A stretch of 64,000 nt of DNA, taken from the NCBI GenBank assembly GCA_965199715.1, contig OZ241322.1, positions 832,001 to 896,000 of the forward strand. Direction: 5' to 3'. The translations under genes and the position numbers were made by a program. Below, piece after piece: positions 28,361-37,166 of this stretch (the first letter of the stretch is position 1; each line of letters begins with the position of its first letter). Under the pieces are notes generated by a model that saw only the letters and a list, made by a program, of their open reading frames with translations, ran no database searches and was not told the DNA's origin. Source of the DNA: Vicinamibacteria bacterium (GTDB lineage Bacteria; Acidobacteriota; Vicinamibacteria; Marinacidobacterales; Marinacidobacteraceae).

Positions 28361-29476
28361 ATGCGGCGGGCGCTGGAGCTCGCCGCGCTCGGCCGCTTCA
28401 CGGCGTCGCCCAACCCCGCGGTCGGCGCGGTCCTCGTCCGGGACGGCCGGACCATCGGCGAGGCGTACCACGCCCGCGCCGGCGAGCCGCACGCCGAGCG
28501 TCGCGTGCTCCGCGCCGGCGAGGCCGCCCGGGGCGCGGTGCTGTACGTGAACCTCGAGCCGTGCTGTCACGTCGGCCGCACGCCTCCCTGCGTGGAGCGG
28601 ATCGTCGGGTCCGGCGTCCGGCGCGTGGTCGCCGCCCACGAGGATCCGGATCCGCGGGTGTCGGGCGGCGGCTTCGCGTTCCTGCGCGCCCGCGGAGTGG
28701 AGGTCCGCTCCGGCGTGCTGGAGGCCGAGGCGCGCGAGCTGAACCGGGCGTACCTCAAGTTCCTCGCCACCGGGCTGCCGTGGGTCACGGTGAAGGCCGC
28801 GGTCTCGATCGACGGGGCGATGGCCCCGCCGGGGGCTCGCTGGATCACCCGGGCGTCGAGCCGCCGCCACGGACGGGTGCTGCGGCGCGAGCACGAGGCC
28901 ATCCTGACCGGCATCGCGACCGTGCTGGCGGACGATCCCCGGCTCACGCCCCGGCCGCGCCGCGGGGCGGACGGCCTCCTGCGCGTCGTGCTCGACCACG
29001 ACCTGCGCATCCCGGAGACCGCCCGGGTGCTCGACGGACTGGACGAGGATCCGGCGCTGGTGTTCACCGGGGCGCACGTTCCCGACAGCCGGGTCGAACG
29101 CATCACCCGGCTCGGAGCTTCGGTGCGCGCCACGCCGGGCGCGACCGGTTCGCGCCGCGAGCTGGCGCTGGAGCCGGTCCTGCGGGAGCTGGGCCGGCGC
29201 GACGTCCGCTCGGTGCTGGTGGAGGCGGGGCCCCGGGTCACGTCCGCCTTCCTGCACGAGGGACTCGCCGACCGCCTCGTGCTCTACGTCGCGCCCAAGT
29301 TCTTCGGGCGCGGCGAGGGCACCGGGCTCTTCGACGCGACGCGCCGGGCGGGCGCGCCGGCGACGCGCCGGCTTCCGGTGTCGCAGCCGAACGGCGTCCC
29401 GCGCTACGCCCGGCTCGGACCGGACCTGCTCGCGGATTTCCGGCTGTCGAGCGAGAACGCCGCCACCGTCTCGTAG
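28361..29476 (+). CDS. ribD: Bifunctional riboflavin deaminase/reductase RibD
   Basis: SPNPAVG, HAE, LEPCCH.GRTPPC, DDPRLT and VLVEAG. Confidence 0.93.
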   Translation: MRRALELAALGRFTASPNPAVGAVLVRDGRTIGEAYHARAGEPHAERRVLRAGEAARGAVLYVNLEPCCHVGRTPPCVERIVGSGVRRVVAAHEDPDPRVSGGGFAFLRARGVEVRSGVLEAEARELNRAYLKFLATGLPWVTVKAAVSIDGAMAPPGARWITRASSRRHGRVLRREHEAILTGIATVLADDPRLTPRPRRGADGLLRVVLDHDLRIPETARVLDGLDEDPALVFTGAHVPDSRVERITRLGASVRATPGATGSRRELALEPVLRELGRRDVRSVLVEAGPRVTSAFLHEGLADRLVLYVAPKFFGRGEGTGLFDATRRAGAPATRRLPVSQPNGVPRYARLGPDLLADFRLSSENAATVS

Positions 29477-29946
29477 CGCGCTCCTTCCGCGCGGAGCTCG
29501 CTCCGAAGAAGCTCCAGCCGGTCGATCGGCTGCGTTCCGGCGGGAATCGGAAGCGCGTGGGCCGGCGGCGGACGGCGGAAGCGGGCCACGGTGACGTGCG
29601 GGCGAAACGGGCGCGCCCGTGGCGGGACTCCGACCGCCTCGGTCGCCCGGCGCAGCGCCCGCAGGAGCGAACGCGCCCGGTCGTCGCCGTCCAGCTCGGC
29701 GAAGACGCCGCGGGCGAAGCGGGCGAAGCCGACGACCCGCAGTTCCGGCGGGATTCCCGGCGGGGGCAGCGCGGCGGCGAGCGCGTCGCGCACGGGCTCG
29801 ATCTCGACGGTTCCGAAGAAGCGCACCGTGACGTGGAGGTTCGCTTCGGGAACCGGCCGGGCGCCCGGAACGAGCCGGCCCGCGCGAGCCAGCGCGGCGC
29901 GCAAGGGGCCGGCCAGCGGGATCGCCGCGAAGAGACGCGCCCTCAC
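29404..29946 (-). CDS. thpR: RNA 2',3'-cyclic phosphodiesterase (2H family)
   Basis: Two HxT motifs (LHVTV, PHVTV); downstream of cinA. Confidence 0.88.
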   Translation of the reverse strand: MRARLFAAIPLAGPLRAALARAGRLVPGARPVPEANLHVTVRFFGTVEIEPVRDALAAALPPPGIPPELRVVGFARFARGVFAELDGDDRARSLLRALRRATEAVGVPPRARPFRPHVTVARFRRPPPAHALPIPAGTQPIDRLELLRSELRAEGARYETVAAFSLDSRKSASRSGPSRA

Positions 29947-31139
29947 TCGAGGGTCCGGCGGACCAGATCGAGCGCCCGGGTGGCGGTCAACTGGCGCACC
30001 AGCTCGCGTCCGCCGGGGAGACGATGGCGGACCGCCGTCGTCTCGGCGCCGGCGAGCGCGATCCAGACCGTGCCCACGGGCTTCCCCGGCGTCGCCCCCG
30101 TCGGGCCGGCGATTCCGGTCACCGCGAGCCCGAGCGCGCGGCCGCCGGCGCGTTGGCGGACGCCCTCGGCCATCGCCCGCGCGGTTTCCTCGCTCACGGC
30201 GCCGAACGACGCGAGCGTGGCTTCGGGCACGCCGAGGAGATCCCGCTTGGCGCTGTCGGCGTATGCGACCACGCCCAGGTCGAACCAGCCCGACGCCCCG
30301 GGAACCGAGGTCAGCCGGTCGCCGATCAAGCCGCCGGTGAGCGACTCCGCCACCGCGAGCCGGAGGCCCCGCTCCCGCAGCATCCGGCCCACCCGCGCCT
30401 CGAGCGAGTCGCCCGGCTTCCGGCTGAACAGCGCGGGGCCGGCCCGCTCCGCGATCTGGTCGGCGAGTCGATCGGCGCCGCGACCGGCGACCCGCAGCTC
30501 CAGGACTCCCCTGGACGCGAGGATCGAGAGCGACAGCGGGCCGTCCGGAAGCGGGGTCAGGTCCGCGATCCGTTCCTCGAGCACGGACTCCGGCATGCCG
30601 GCCAGCAGCAGCGTCGCCTCGGCGGGCGCCTGGCCCCGGGGAAGCCGGGGCGCGACCTCGGCGTCGAACATGGCCTCCAGTTCCCGGGGCGGCCCGGGGA
30701 GGAGCACGAGCCTTCCCGCGGCGAGCGCCCCGGGCGCAGTTCCGGCCGAATTCGGAAGCGCCGTCGCGCCCTCGGGGACGTACGCCTGCCGTAGGTTCAC
30801 TTCAACCGAGCCGTACCGGCGCCGGCGGAGCCGCTCGGCGGCGGCTTCGTCCAGAACGAGCGGAACCCCGAGCGCCCCGGCCGCCGCCGCCCGGGTCCGG
30901 TCGTCGCTCGTCGGGCCGAGGCCGCCCGCGACGAAGACCCAGTCGGCCCTCCCGAGCGCGAGCCGGATCGCCTCGACGAGAGTCTCCTCGTCGTCGGGGA
31001 GGACCGCGCTGAAGACGACCGGGATCCCGAGGCTCGCGAGCCGCCCGGTCAGGAGCGGGGTGTTGCGGTCGCGGCGTCCGGGCCGAAAGAGCTCGGTCCC
31101 GACCGCGAGGATCGCCGCGACGGGGCCGTCAGCGGGCAA
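29943..31139 (-). CDS. cinA: CinA family protein (molybdopterin-binding domain + NMN deamidase PncC)
   Basis: VGTEL, GGLGPTSDD.T, GTAPG, AESLTGG and TGIAGP; TTG start assumed. Confidence 0.9.
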   Translation of the reverse strand: MPADGPVAAILAVGTELFRPGRRDRNTPLLTGRLASLGIPVVFSAVLPDDEETLVEAIRLALGRADWVFVAGGLGPTSDDRTRAAAAGALGVPLVLDEAAAERLRRRRYGSVEVNLRQAYVPEGATALPNSAGTAPGALAAGRLVLLPGPPRELEAMFDAEVAPRLPRGQAPAEATLLLAGMPESVLEERIADLTPLPDGPLSLSILASRGVLELRVAGRGADRLADQIAERAGPALFSRKPGDSLEARVGRMLRERGLRLAVAESLTGGLIGDRLTSVPGASGWFDLGVVAYADSAKRDLLGVPEATLASFGAVSEETARAMAEGVRQRAGGRALGLAVTGIAGPTGATPGKPVGTVWIALAGAETTAVRHRLPGGRELVRQLTATRALDLVRRTLE

Positions 31140-31875
31140 GGAAGACGAACAGGAACGCCCGCACCGCAAGCCCGGCGGCGAGATCGTCCGCCATGATCCC
31201 CGATCCGCCGGGGAGCCGCTCCAGCCACCGGATCGGCGGCGGCTTCGCGATGTCCAGCACCCGGAACGCGACGAACGCGCCGGCGGCGACGACGAGGTCC
31301 GGCGCGGCGAGGACGAGGGCCAGCCACATCCCGCAGAACTCGTCCACGACGACTTCGTTCGGGTCCTCGCGCCCGACCGCGCAGGCGTAGGCCTGGGACG
31401 CCCGCCAGCCGGCCGCGGTCGCCACGCCCAGCAGGCCCAACTGCCACGCGGCGGGGAGACCCATCGTGAGCGCGAACGCGCCGAGGCCGACGAGCGCGCC
31501 CGCCGTGCCGGGCGCGAACGGAATCCTTCCTACCCCGCCGCACGTCGCGATGAGGGCCGCGAGGCGCGGCGGAAGGACTTCGTCCGGCTCCGGCGCCGGC
31601 TCGTCCCGGGGCTCCAGCTCGACGCGCTCCGGCTCCTCGCTCTCCGGTTCGGGGGGCGGCTGTTCGCGGATCTCCTCGCGCCGCATCTCCGCGTCGCGCA
31701 GTCGGGCCTCGATTCGGTCGCGGACCGTCTCCGATTCGGCGGACTCGACCTCGGGGGCTGCGCTCTCGGGTTCCGCCGGAGCGCCGGTCCGCTCCCGCGC
31801 CCGGCGGCGGACCTCCTCGCTCCAGTGCTTCGGATCCCGGCGGCCGCTCGTGTCGGACGGGTCTCCGAGTGGCAT
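31129..31875 (-). CDS. pgpA: Phosphatidylglycerophosphatase A with long acidic N-terminal extension
   Basis: APGTAG, DP.EVVVDE, FR.LDI.KP.P and GIMADD. Confidence 0.85.
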   Translation of the reverse strand: MPLGDPSDTSGRRDPKHWSEEVRRRARERTGAPAEPESAAPEVESAESETVRDRIEARLRDAEMRREEIREQPPPEPESEEPERVELEPRDEPAPEPDEVLPPRLAALIATCGGVGRIPFAPGTAGALVGLGAFALTMGLPAAWQLGLLGVATAAGWRASQAYACAVGREDPNEVVVDEFCGMWLALVLAAPDLVVAAGAFVAFRVLDIAKPPPIRWLERLPGGSGIMADDLAAGLAVRAFLFVFLAR

Positions 31876-31903
31876 GTTGGCGCTGCGTATTATCGCCCGT
31901 GCG

Positions 31904-32746
31904 ATGCTCGAGGCGGTCCCGAACGTGAGCGAGGGACGCGATCCGGAAGTCATCCGCCGCCTCGCCGAAGCGACGGAGCCGCTGCTCGCCGACCTGCACT
32001 CGGATCCGGCGCACCACCGAAGCGTCCTGACGCTGTTCGGGAGCGCGGACGAACTCCACGACGCCGTCCGGCGGCTCTTCGAGGCGGCGCGGGAGACGAT
32101 CGATCTTCGGCGGCACCGGGGGGAACACCCCCGGATCGGGGCGCTCGACGTGGTTCCCTTCGTGCCGGTCGCGGGCGCCCGCATGGAGGACGCGGCGCGT
32201 CTCGCGCGCCGGACCGCCGCCGCGCTCGGCGAGAGCGGCGCGCCGGTCTTCCTGTACGGGCGGAAGCGGCCGCTGCGCGACCTGCGACGCGGCGGCCCGG
32301 CGGGACTCGGGCGGCGGCTCGCCGAAGGAACGCTCGTCCCCGACTTCGGCCCGGCGCGCCTCCATCCGACGGCGGGGGCGGTCGCGGTCGGGGCGCGGCG
32401 CCCGCTCGTCGCCTTCAACGTGAACCTCGACGGCGACGACGCGGTTCCGGCGCGCCGGATCGCTCGGGCCGTCCGCGAGACGGGCGGCGGCCTTCCCGGC
32501 GTGCGGGCGCTCGGGGTCCGGGTCCGGGGCGGGGCCCAGGTGACGATGAACGTGGAGCGGGTCGAAGCGACGGCGCTGGGCGCGGTGTTCGCCCGGGTCG
32601 CGGAGGAAGCCCGGCGCCGCGGCGTCCGGATCCTCGGCTCGGAACTCGTCGGGCTCGTCCCGGAAGCGGCGACGTGGCCGGGGATGCGCCGCGACCTCGG
32701 CCTCTCCGCGGCGCCGCGCACGATCGAGGCGGCGCTCGAAGGGTAG
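31904..32746 (+). CDS. ftcD: Glutamate formiminotransferase
   Basis: EAVPNVSEGR, DPAHHRSV, H.GEHPRIGA.DV.PF and SELVGL. Confidence 0.9.
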   Translation: MLEAVPNVSEGRDPEVIRRLAEATEPLLADLHSDPAHHRSVLTLFGSADELHDAVRRLFEAARETIDLRRHRGEHPRIGALDVVPFVPVAGARMEDAARLARRTAAALGESGAPVFLYGRKRPLRDLRRGGPAGLGRRLAEGTLVPDFGPARLHPTAGAVAVGARRPLVAFNVNLDGDDAVPARRIARAVRETGGGLPGVRALGVRVRGGAQVTMNVERVEATALGAVFARVAEEARRRGVRILGSELVGLVPEAATWPGMRRDLGLSAAPRTIEAALEG

Positions 32747-32755
32747 CCTTGCGCC

Positions 32756-33202
32756 ATGAAGTGCCCGTTCTGCGCCTGCGGGAACGACCGCGTCGTGGAC
32801 TCGCGGGAGAGCCGGGGCGGGATCCGCCGCCGGCGCGAGTGCATGGAATGCGGCAAGCGGTTCACGAGCTTCGAGACCGTCGAGGAAGTCCCGCTCATGG
32901 TCGTGAAGAAGGGCGGCGAGCGCGAGCCCTACGAGCGCGAGAAGGTGCTCGCCGGGCTGCGCAAGGCGTGCGACAAGCGGGTCGCCGGCGAGCGGCTGGA
33001 CGAGATCGCCGACCGGGTGACCGAACTGATCGCGCGCAGCCCGGACCGCGAGATCGAGACCCACCGGATCGGCCAGGAGGTGATGGACGCGCTGAAGCAG
33101 GCCGACGAGGTCGCCTACGTGCGGTTCGCGTCGGTGTACCGGGACTTCCGCGACACCCAGGACTTCCTCCAGGCGATCGACGGCTTGATCCGCCGTTCGT
33201 GA
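32756..33202 (+). CDS. nrdR: Transcriptional repressor NrdR
   Basis: MKCPFC, VVDSR, RRRREC..C, ATP cone and VAYVRFASVY. Confidence 0.97.
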   Translation: MKCPFCACGNDRVVDSRESRGGIRRRRECMECGKRFTSFETVEEVPLMVVKKGGEREPYEREKVLAGLRKACDKRVAGERLDEIADRVTELIARSPDREIETHRIGQEVMDALKQADEVAYVRFASVYRDFRDTQDFLQAIDGLIRRS

Positions 33203-33219
33203 TCCGGATCCGCGCTTCC

Positions 33220-33244
33220 GAACCGAAAGACGGCGCCCGGCGTT
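33220..33244 (+). promoter_or_regulatory. Putative ECF sigma-dependent autoregulatory promoter GAAC-N17-CGTT
   Basis: ECF-like -35/-10 elements ending 6 nt before the sigma factor start codon. Confidence 0.55.
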
Positions 33245-33250
33245 AGTGAT

Positions 33251-33844
33251 GTGTACACGAAACGCTCGTTGGAACCTCCGTCCCAGTACGCCGATGCCGA
33301 ACTCGCGCACCATTGCCTCGCCGGCCGGGAGGACTGCTGGCGGGAGTTCGTGGACCGCTTCCACAAGCCGGTCTGGCAGGTCGCCTACCGGTTCACGGTG
33401 AGCGCCGACGACGCCGAGGAGCTCGTCCAGGACATCTTCATGCGACTGCTGACCGCCCTCCCGCACTACCGCCCCACGGGGGCGCTCGGCGGTTGGGTGC
33501 GCCAGGTGGCGACCAACGTCGGGATCGACTCGTGGCGGCGGCGCAAGCGGACGCCGATCCTGGTCGAGACCGGAGAAATCCCCGAACTGCCGGGGCCCGC
33601 CCCCGAGCGCCCTGACGTGATCGCCGAGCGCCGCGACCAGGCGGCGCTGGTGCGCCGGGCCGTCGGCGAGCTCCCCGAGGAGCTGGCCGAGCCGGTCATG
33701 CTGCGCGACCTCATGGAGCTCGGGTATCCGGCCATCGCCGAGCGCCTCGCCATCCCGGTGGGCACGGTGAAGTCGCGGATCCACCGGGGCCGCATCCTGC
33801 TGGCGGAAGCGCTTGCCCGGCTGCGCGAGGAGGCGCTCGTGTGA
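33251..33844 (+). CDS. ECF RNA polymerase sigma factor
   Basis: DAEELVQDIF, W...VATN and IPVGTVKSRIHRGR. Confidence 0.92.
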   Translation: MYTKRSLEPPSQYADAELAHHCLAGREDCWREFVDRFHKPVWQVAYRFTVSADDAEELVQDIFMRLLTALPHYRPTGALGGWVRQVATNVGIDSWRRRKRTPILVETGEIPELPGPAPERPDVIAERRDQAALVRRAVGELPEELAEPVMLRDLMELGYPAIAERLAIPVGTVKSRIHRGRILLAEALARLREEALV

Positions 33845-34368
33845 GCCCGCGCCCCGAGGATCTGCGCACCGCGGCGCTCGCCGCCGGCGAACTGGACGCC
33901 GAGGCCGCCGCCGAGGCGCGGGCGGCGCTCGCCGATTCGCCCCGGCTGGCCGCGCTGTACGGCCGGGTGCGCGACGCGCTGCGGGCGCTGGACGCCTGGC
34001 GGCGCAGCGCCGGCGATCCTCCGGCCGAACTCCCGGGCCGCATCTTCCGGGGGACGCTGCCGGTGTTCCGCCGCCTCTACGGGCGCCGCTCGCTGTGGCC
34101 CACGTGGCTGACCGCGGCCGCGGCCGCGGCGGTGCTGGCCGTCGCGCAGCCGCCGCCGCTCGACCGGATCTCCGGCCGGGCCAGCTCGCTCCTCGCCGAA
34201 GCGGGCGGCCACGCCGACCGGGCGCTCGCCGAGTGGAGCGTGGTGCGGGCGTCCCTGGGGGTCGCGCTGGAGGACGGAGTCGATGAGGTCGGCGAACGGC
34301 TCCAGCGGCTCGAGGAGGCGGCCCGCCACCGGAACCGCGTCCGCAACCGGACGGAGACCGCGCCGTGA
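33841..34368 (+). CDS. Putative anti-sigma factor (single TM)
   Basis: Coupled (GTGA overlap) to the sigma gene; ZAS-like N-terminus lacking Cys, central hydrophobic helix. Confidence 0.6.
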   Translation: MSPRPEDLRTAALAAGELDAEAAAEARAALADSPRLAALYGRVRDALRALDAWRRSAGDPPAELPGRIFRGTLPVFRRLYGRRSLWPTWLTAAAAAAVLAVAQPPPLDRISGRASSLLAEAGGHADRALAEWSVVRASLGVALEDGVDEVGERLQRLEEAARHRNRVRNRTETAP

Positions 34369-34763
34369 CCCGTTCCCCCGGCTGGGCCGGCGCGCTCTCG
34401 GTCATCTGCCCGGGCCTCGGCCACCTGTACCTGCGGGCGTACCACCGGGCGGCCGCGCTCGTGGCCGCGTGGATCGCGCTCCTGACCGCGGCCGAATACG
34501 CCGGGACGCTGATCCCGCTGGTGTTCGCCGTGTGGGTGTTCGGAGTCGTGGACGCGGTCCGCGCCGCCGGCGAGCTGGTCCGAGCGAGCGCCGAGGCGCG
34601 CGAGCCGAACGTCGGACTCGACCAGAACTGGGCGTGGGGGCTGATCGCGGCGGGCGCCCTCGCCGCGCTCGCGGCCACGCCGCTGCTGCGCTGGGCGGTG
34701 CGGCTGTGGCCGCTCCTGCTCGTCCTCGCCGGGATCCGGATCCTGCGCCGCCGGGATGAGTAG
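34365..34763 (+). CDS. Membrane protein (PGLGHLY motif, LiaF-like C-terminus)
   Basis: ICPGLGHLYL and LWPLLLVLAG; multiple hydrophobic helices. Confidence 0.7.
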   Translation: MTRSPGWAGALSVICPGLGHLYLRAYHRAAALVAAWIALLTAAEYAGTLIPLVFAVWVFGVVDAVRAAGELVRASAEAREPNVGLDQNWAWGLIAAGALAALAATPLLRWAVRLWPLLLVLAGIRILRRRDE

Positions 34764-34938
34764 AACGCCGTGGGGAGGGATCCTCCTCATCGTCCTCGGA
34801 GTCGCGCTCCTACTGGCGACGCTCGGCCTGGTCGCGTTCGGGACCATCCTGCGGTTCTGGCCGATGCTCCTGATCCTCGCCGGGCTGAAGTTGGTCTTCG
34901 AGCGGTCCGAGGGAGGCCCTCCGGCGCCCCCGACGTGA
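34756..34938 (+). CDS. Small LiaI/LiaF-like (DUF5668) membrane protein
   Basis: GILLIVLGV.LLL..LG...RFWP.LLI..G. Confidence 0.7.
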   Translation: MSRTPWGGILLIVLGVALLLATLGLVAFGTILRFWPMLLILAGLKLVFERSEGGPPAPPT

Positions 34939-36359
34939 CCCCGAGTCCCCCGCGCGAGGGCTGCGGCGCGGCGCTCGGCGTCCTCCTGATCCTCGCCGGC
35001 GTCCTCGGCTTCGCCGTCACGTTCGGCGGGACGGCCGCGCTGGACGCGCTGGCCGGCGCAATTCCGTTCGCGGCGCGCTGGTGGCCGCTGGGCCTCGTCG
35101 CCTACGGCGCGTTGCGGCTCTCCGGCCGGCTCGGGTCGGGAAGGCCGGGACGCCTCGAGGTCCCGCTCCTCGTCCTCTTCCTCGGGTGCGGCGCCGCGCT
35201 GAGCGCGGCCAACTTCGTCGCCGGCGGCGACTTCGGCGCGATCCGCCGCTGGATCGAACCGTTCGCCGGCCAGCCGCACCGCGAGGAGATCGCGGCGCCC
35301 GTGCCCGCGGACGCGAGCACGCTGAAGGTGGACCTGCCGTGGGGCGGCGCGCTCGTGCGTCCGGCGGCGGGACCGGACCTGCGGCTGATCCTCGAGGGGC
35401 GGTCGTGGGGACCGGCCTCGTGGCCGGAGTTGGCCCCGATCGCCGCGGACGGAACCGTGTCCGTGCGCGTCGCCGCGCCCGACGACGGGGAAGCGGGGTT
35501 CCACCTCACGGTCGAGGCCCCGGTCCATCTTCAGGTGGACGTGACGACCGGCGAGGGCGGCGTCCGGGTGGAAGGGCCGTTTCCGGAAGTCGTCGCCCGC
35601 GGCGGCGCCGGTCCGGTGACGATCTCGGGGACTCGGGGAGCGGTGCGGGCCGAGTCCGCCGGGGACTCGATCCGCGTCCGGGACGTCCAGGGCCCGGTCC
35701 AGGTGCGCGGGGACGACGCCGCGATCGACGTGGGGGCGGTCGTCGGCACGGTCGGAGTCCGCGCCGCGGACAGTTCGGTCCGGCTCGCGGACGTGCGCGG
35801 CGAGGCGCGGGTGGAGACGCTCGACGCTCCCGTCCGGGTCCAGGACCATGCGGGCCCGCTGCGCATTCGGGCGTTCGACGCCCACGTGACCGTCACCGGC
35901 GTGACCGGCGACGCCGTGATCGAGGGCTCCGGCGACCTCCTCGCGTCCGGGGTCGCGGGCGCGCTCGAGATCTCCTTCGGCGACGGCCCGGTCGTGGTCG
36001 AGGACGCGGGCGGGCGCGTGCGGGTGATCGGCGATCCGGACCTGGTGCGAGCGGCGCGGATCGCCGGCCCGCTCGAGGTGCGGGCGCCCGGCGGCCCGGT
36101 GTTCGCTTCCGAGCTCGCGCTCGGGGCCTCGATCCGGGGCGGCGAGGTCGAAGTGGACCTGCGCGCGCTGCGGGGGCCGCTCGATCTCCATGCGGAGGAG
36201 GGCGACGTGCGGCTCGCGCTGCCCGGCGACGCCCGGTTCCGGCTCGTGGCCGATCCCCTTCCCGAGGGCGGCCCTCCGGCGGGCGCCGGGGAGGGCGGCC
36301 CCGAAGTCGAGCTGCGGGCGCCGGAAGGCGCGGTCCGCATCCGGAGCCGGGAGCGATGA
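34935..36359 (+). CDS. Membrane-anchored DUF4097 (beta-solenoid/toast-rack) protein
   Basis: N-terminal TM helices with WWP motif followed by repeated V.G.V.V beta repeats. Confidence 0.72.
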   Translation: MTPSPPREGCGAALGVLLILAGVLGFAVTFGGTAALDALAGAIPFAARWWPLGLVAYGALRLSGRLGSGRPGRLEVPLLVLFLGCGAALSAANFVAGGDFGAIRRWIEPFAGQPHREEIAAPVPADASTLKVDLPWGGALVRPAAGPDLRLILEGRSWGPASWPELAPIAADGTVSVRVAAPDDGEAGFHLTVEAPVHLQVDVTTGEGGVRVEGPFPEVVARGGAGPVTISGTRGAVRAESAGDSIRVRDVQGPVQVRGDDAAIDVGAVVGTVGVRAADSSVRLADVRGEARVETLDAPVRVQDHAGPLRIRAFDAHVTVTGVTGDAVIEGSGDLLASGVAGALEISFGDGPVVVEDAGGRVRVIGDPDLVRAARIAGPLEVRAPGGPVFASELALGASIRGGEVEVDLRALRGPLDLHAEEGDVRLALPGDARFRLVADPLPEGGPPAGAGEGGPEVELRAPEGAVRIRSRER

Positions 36360-37165
36360 GGCGTCTCGCCCTCGTCGCCGCGCTCGCGGGCGCCGCCTGC
36401 GCCGAGCGGGTGGAGCGGCGGGCCGAAGAAACGGTTCCGCTCCCGGCGATGAGCCGGCTGGACGCCGAAATCCACCACGCGGACGTGCGCGTCGTCGGGA
36501 GCCAGGGTCCCCCGACGCTCGTGATCGAACGCCGGGCGGCCGCGTTCTCGGCGGACGCGGCCGAAGCGGCGCTCGACCGGATCGCGGTGCGGACGGGGGA
36601 GGTCGTGACCACCTTCGACCGGGGCGCCGGCGTGCCCGCCTTCCTCTACGGCGAGCGGGTCTCGCTTCGGCTCACCTTCCGCGTTCCGCCGGCGACGCCG
36701 GTGCGGATCCGCAACCAGAACGGCGATCTCGACCTCGAGGGTCTCGCCGGGCCGGTGGACGCCCTCACCGCCGACGGGCGGGTGTTCGCCCGCGCCGTGG
36801 GCTCCGACGCGGCGGTCGCCCGGCTGCGGTCGGGCGACGGCCGCATCGAGGGGACCGAACTCGCCGGGCGGATCGAGGCCGAGACCGCGGACGGGAGCAT
36901 CCGGCTGGAGGGCCGCCTGCGGCGCGTGACCGCGATCACCGCGAACGGCCGGATCGAGGTGGACGCCCGCGAGTCCGACGCCCTCCTCGACGGCTGGCTG
37001 CTGCGCAGCGCGGACGGCGGCGTGGCGCTCGCGCTCCCCGACGGGGTTCCCGCCCGGCTGGACGTGATCGCCCGAAGGGAGGGCGGCCCGTTCTTCCGGG
37101 ACGGACCCGAAGGGGCGCCGCGAGTCCGCATCCACGCTCCCGAAGGCCGGGTGCGCCTGCCCTGA
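36356..37165 (+). CDS. DUF4097 family lipoprotein
   Basis: Lipobox GAAC; repeated T.DG.I / NG.I motifs. Confidence 0.72.
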   Translation: MRRLALVAALAGAACAERVERRAEETVPLPAMSRLDAEIHHADVRVVGSQGPPTLVIERRAAAFSADAAEAALDRIAVRTGEVVTTFDRGAGVPAFLYGERVSLRLTFRVPPATPVRIRNQNGDLDLEGLAGPVDALTADGRVFARAVGSDAAVARLRSGDGRIEGTELAGRIEAETADGSIRLEGRLRRVTAITANGRIEVDARESDALLDGWLLRSADGGVALALPDGVPARLDVIARREGGPFFRDGPEGAPRVRIHAPEGRVRLP

Positions 37166-37166
37166 C

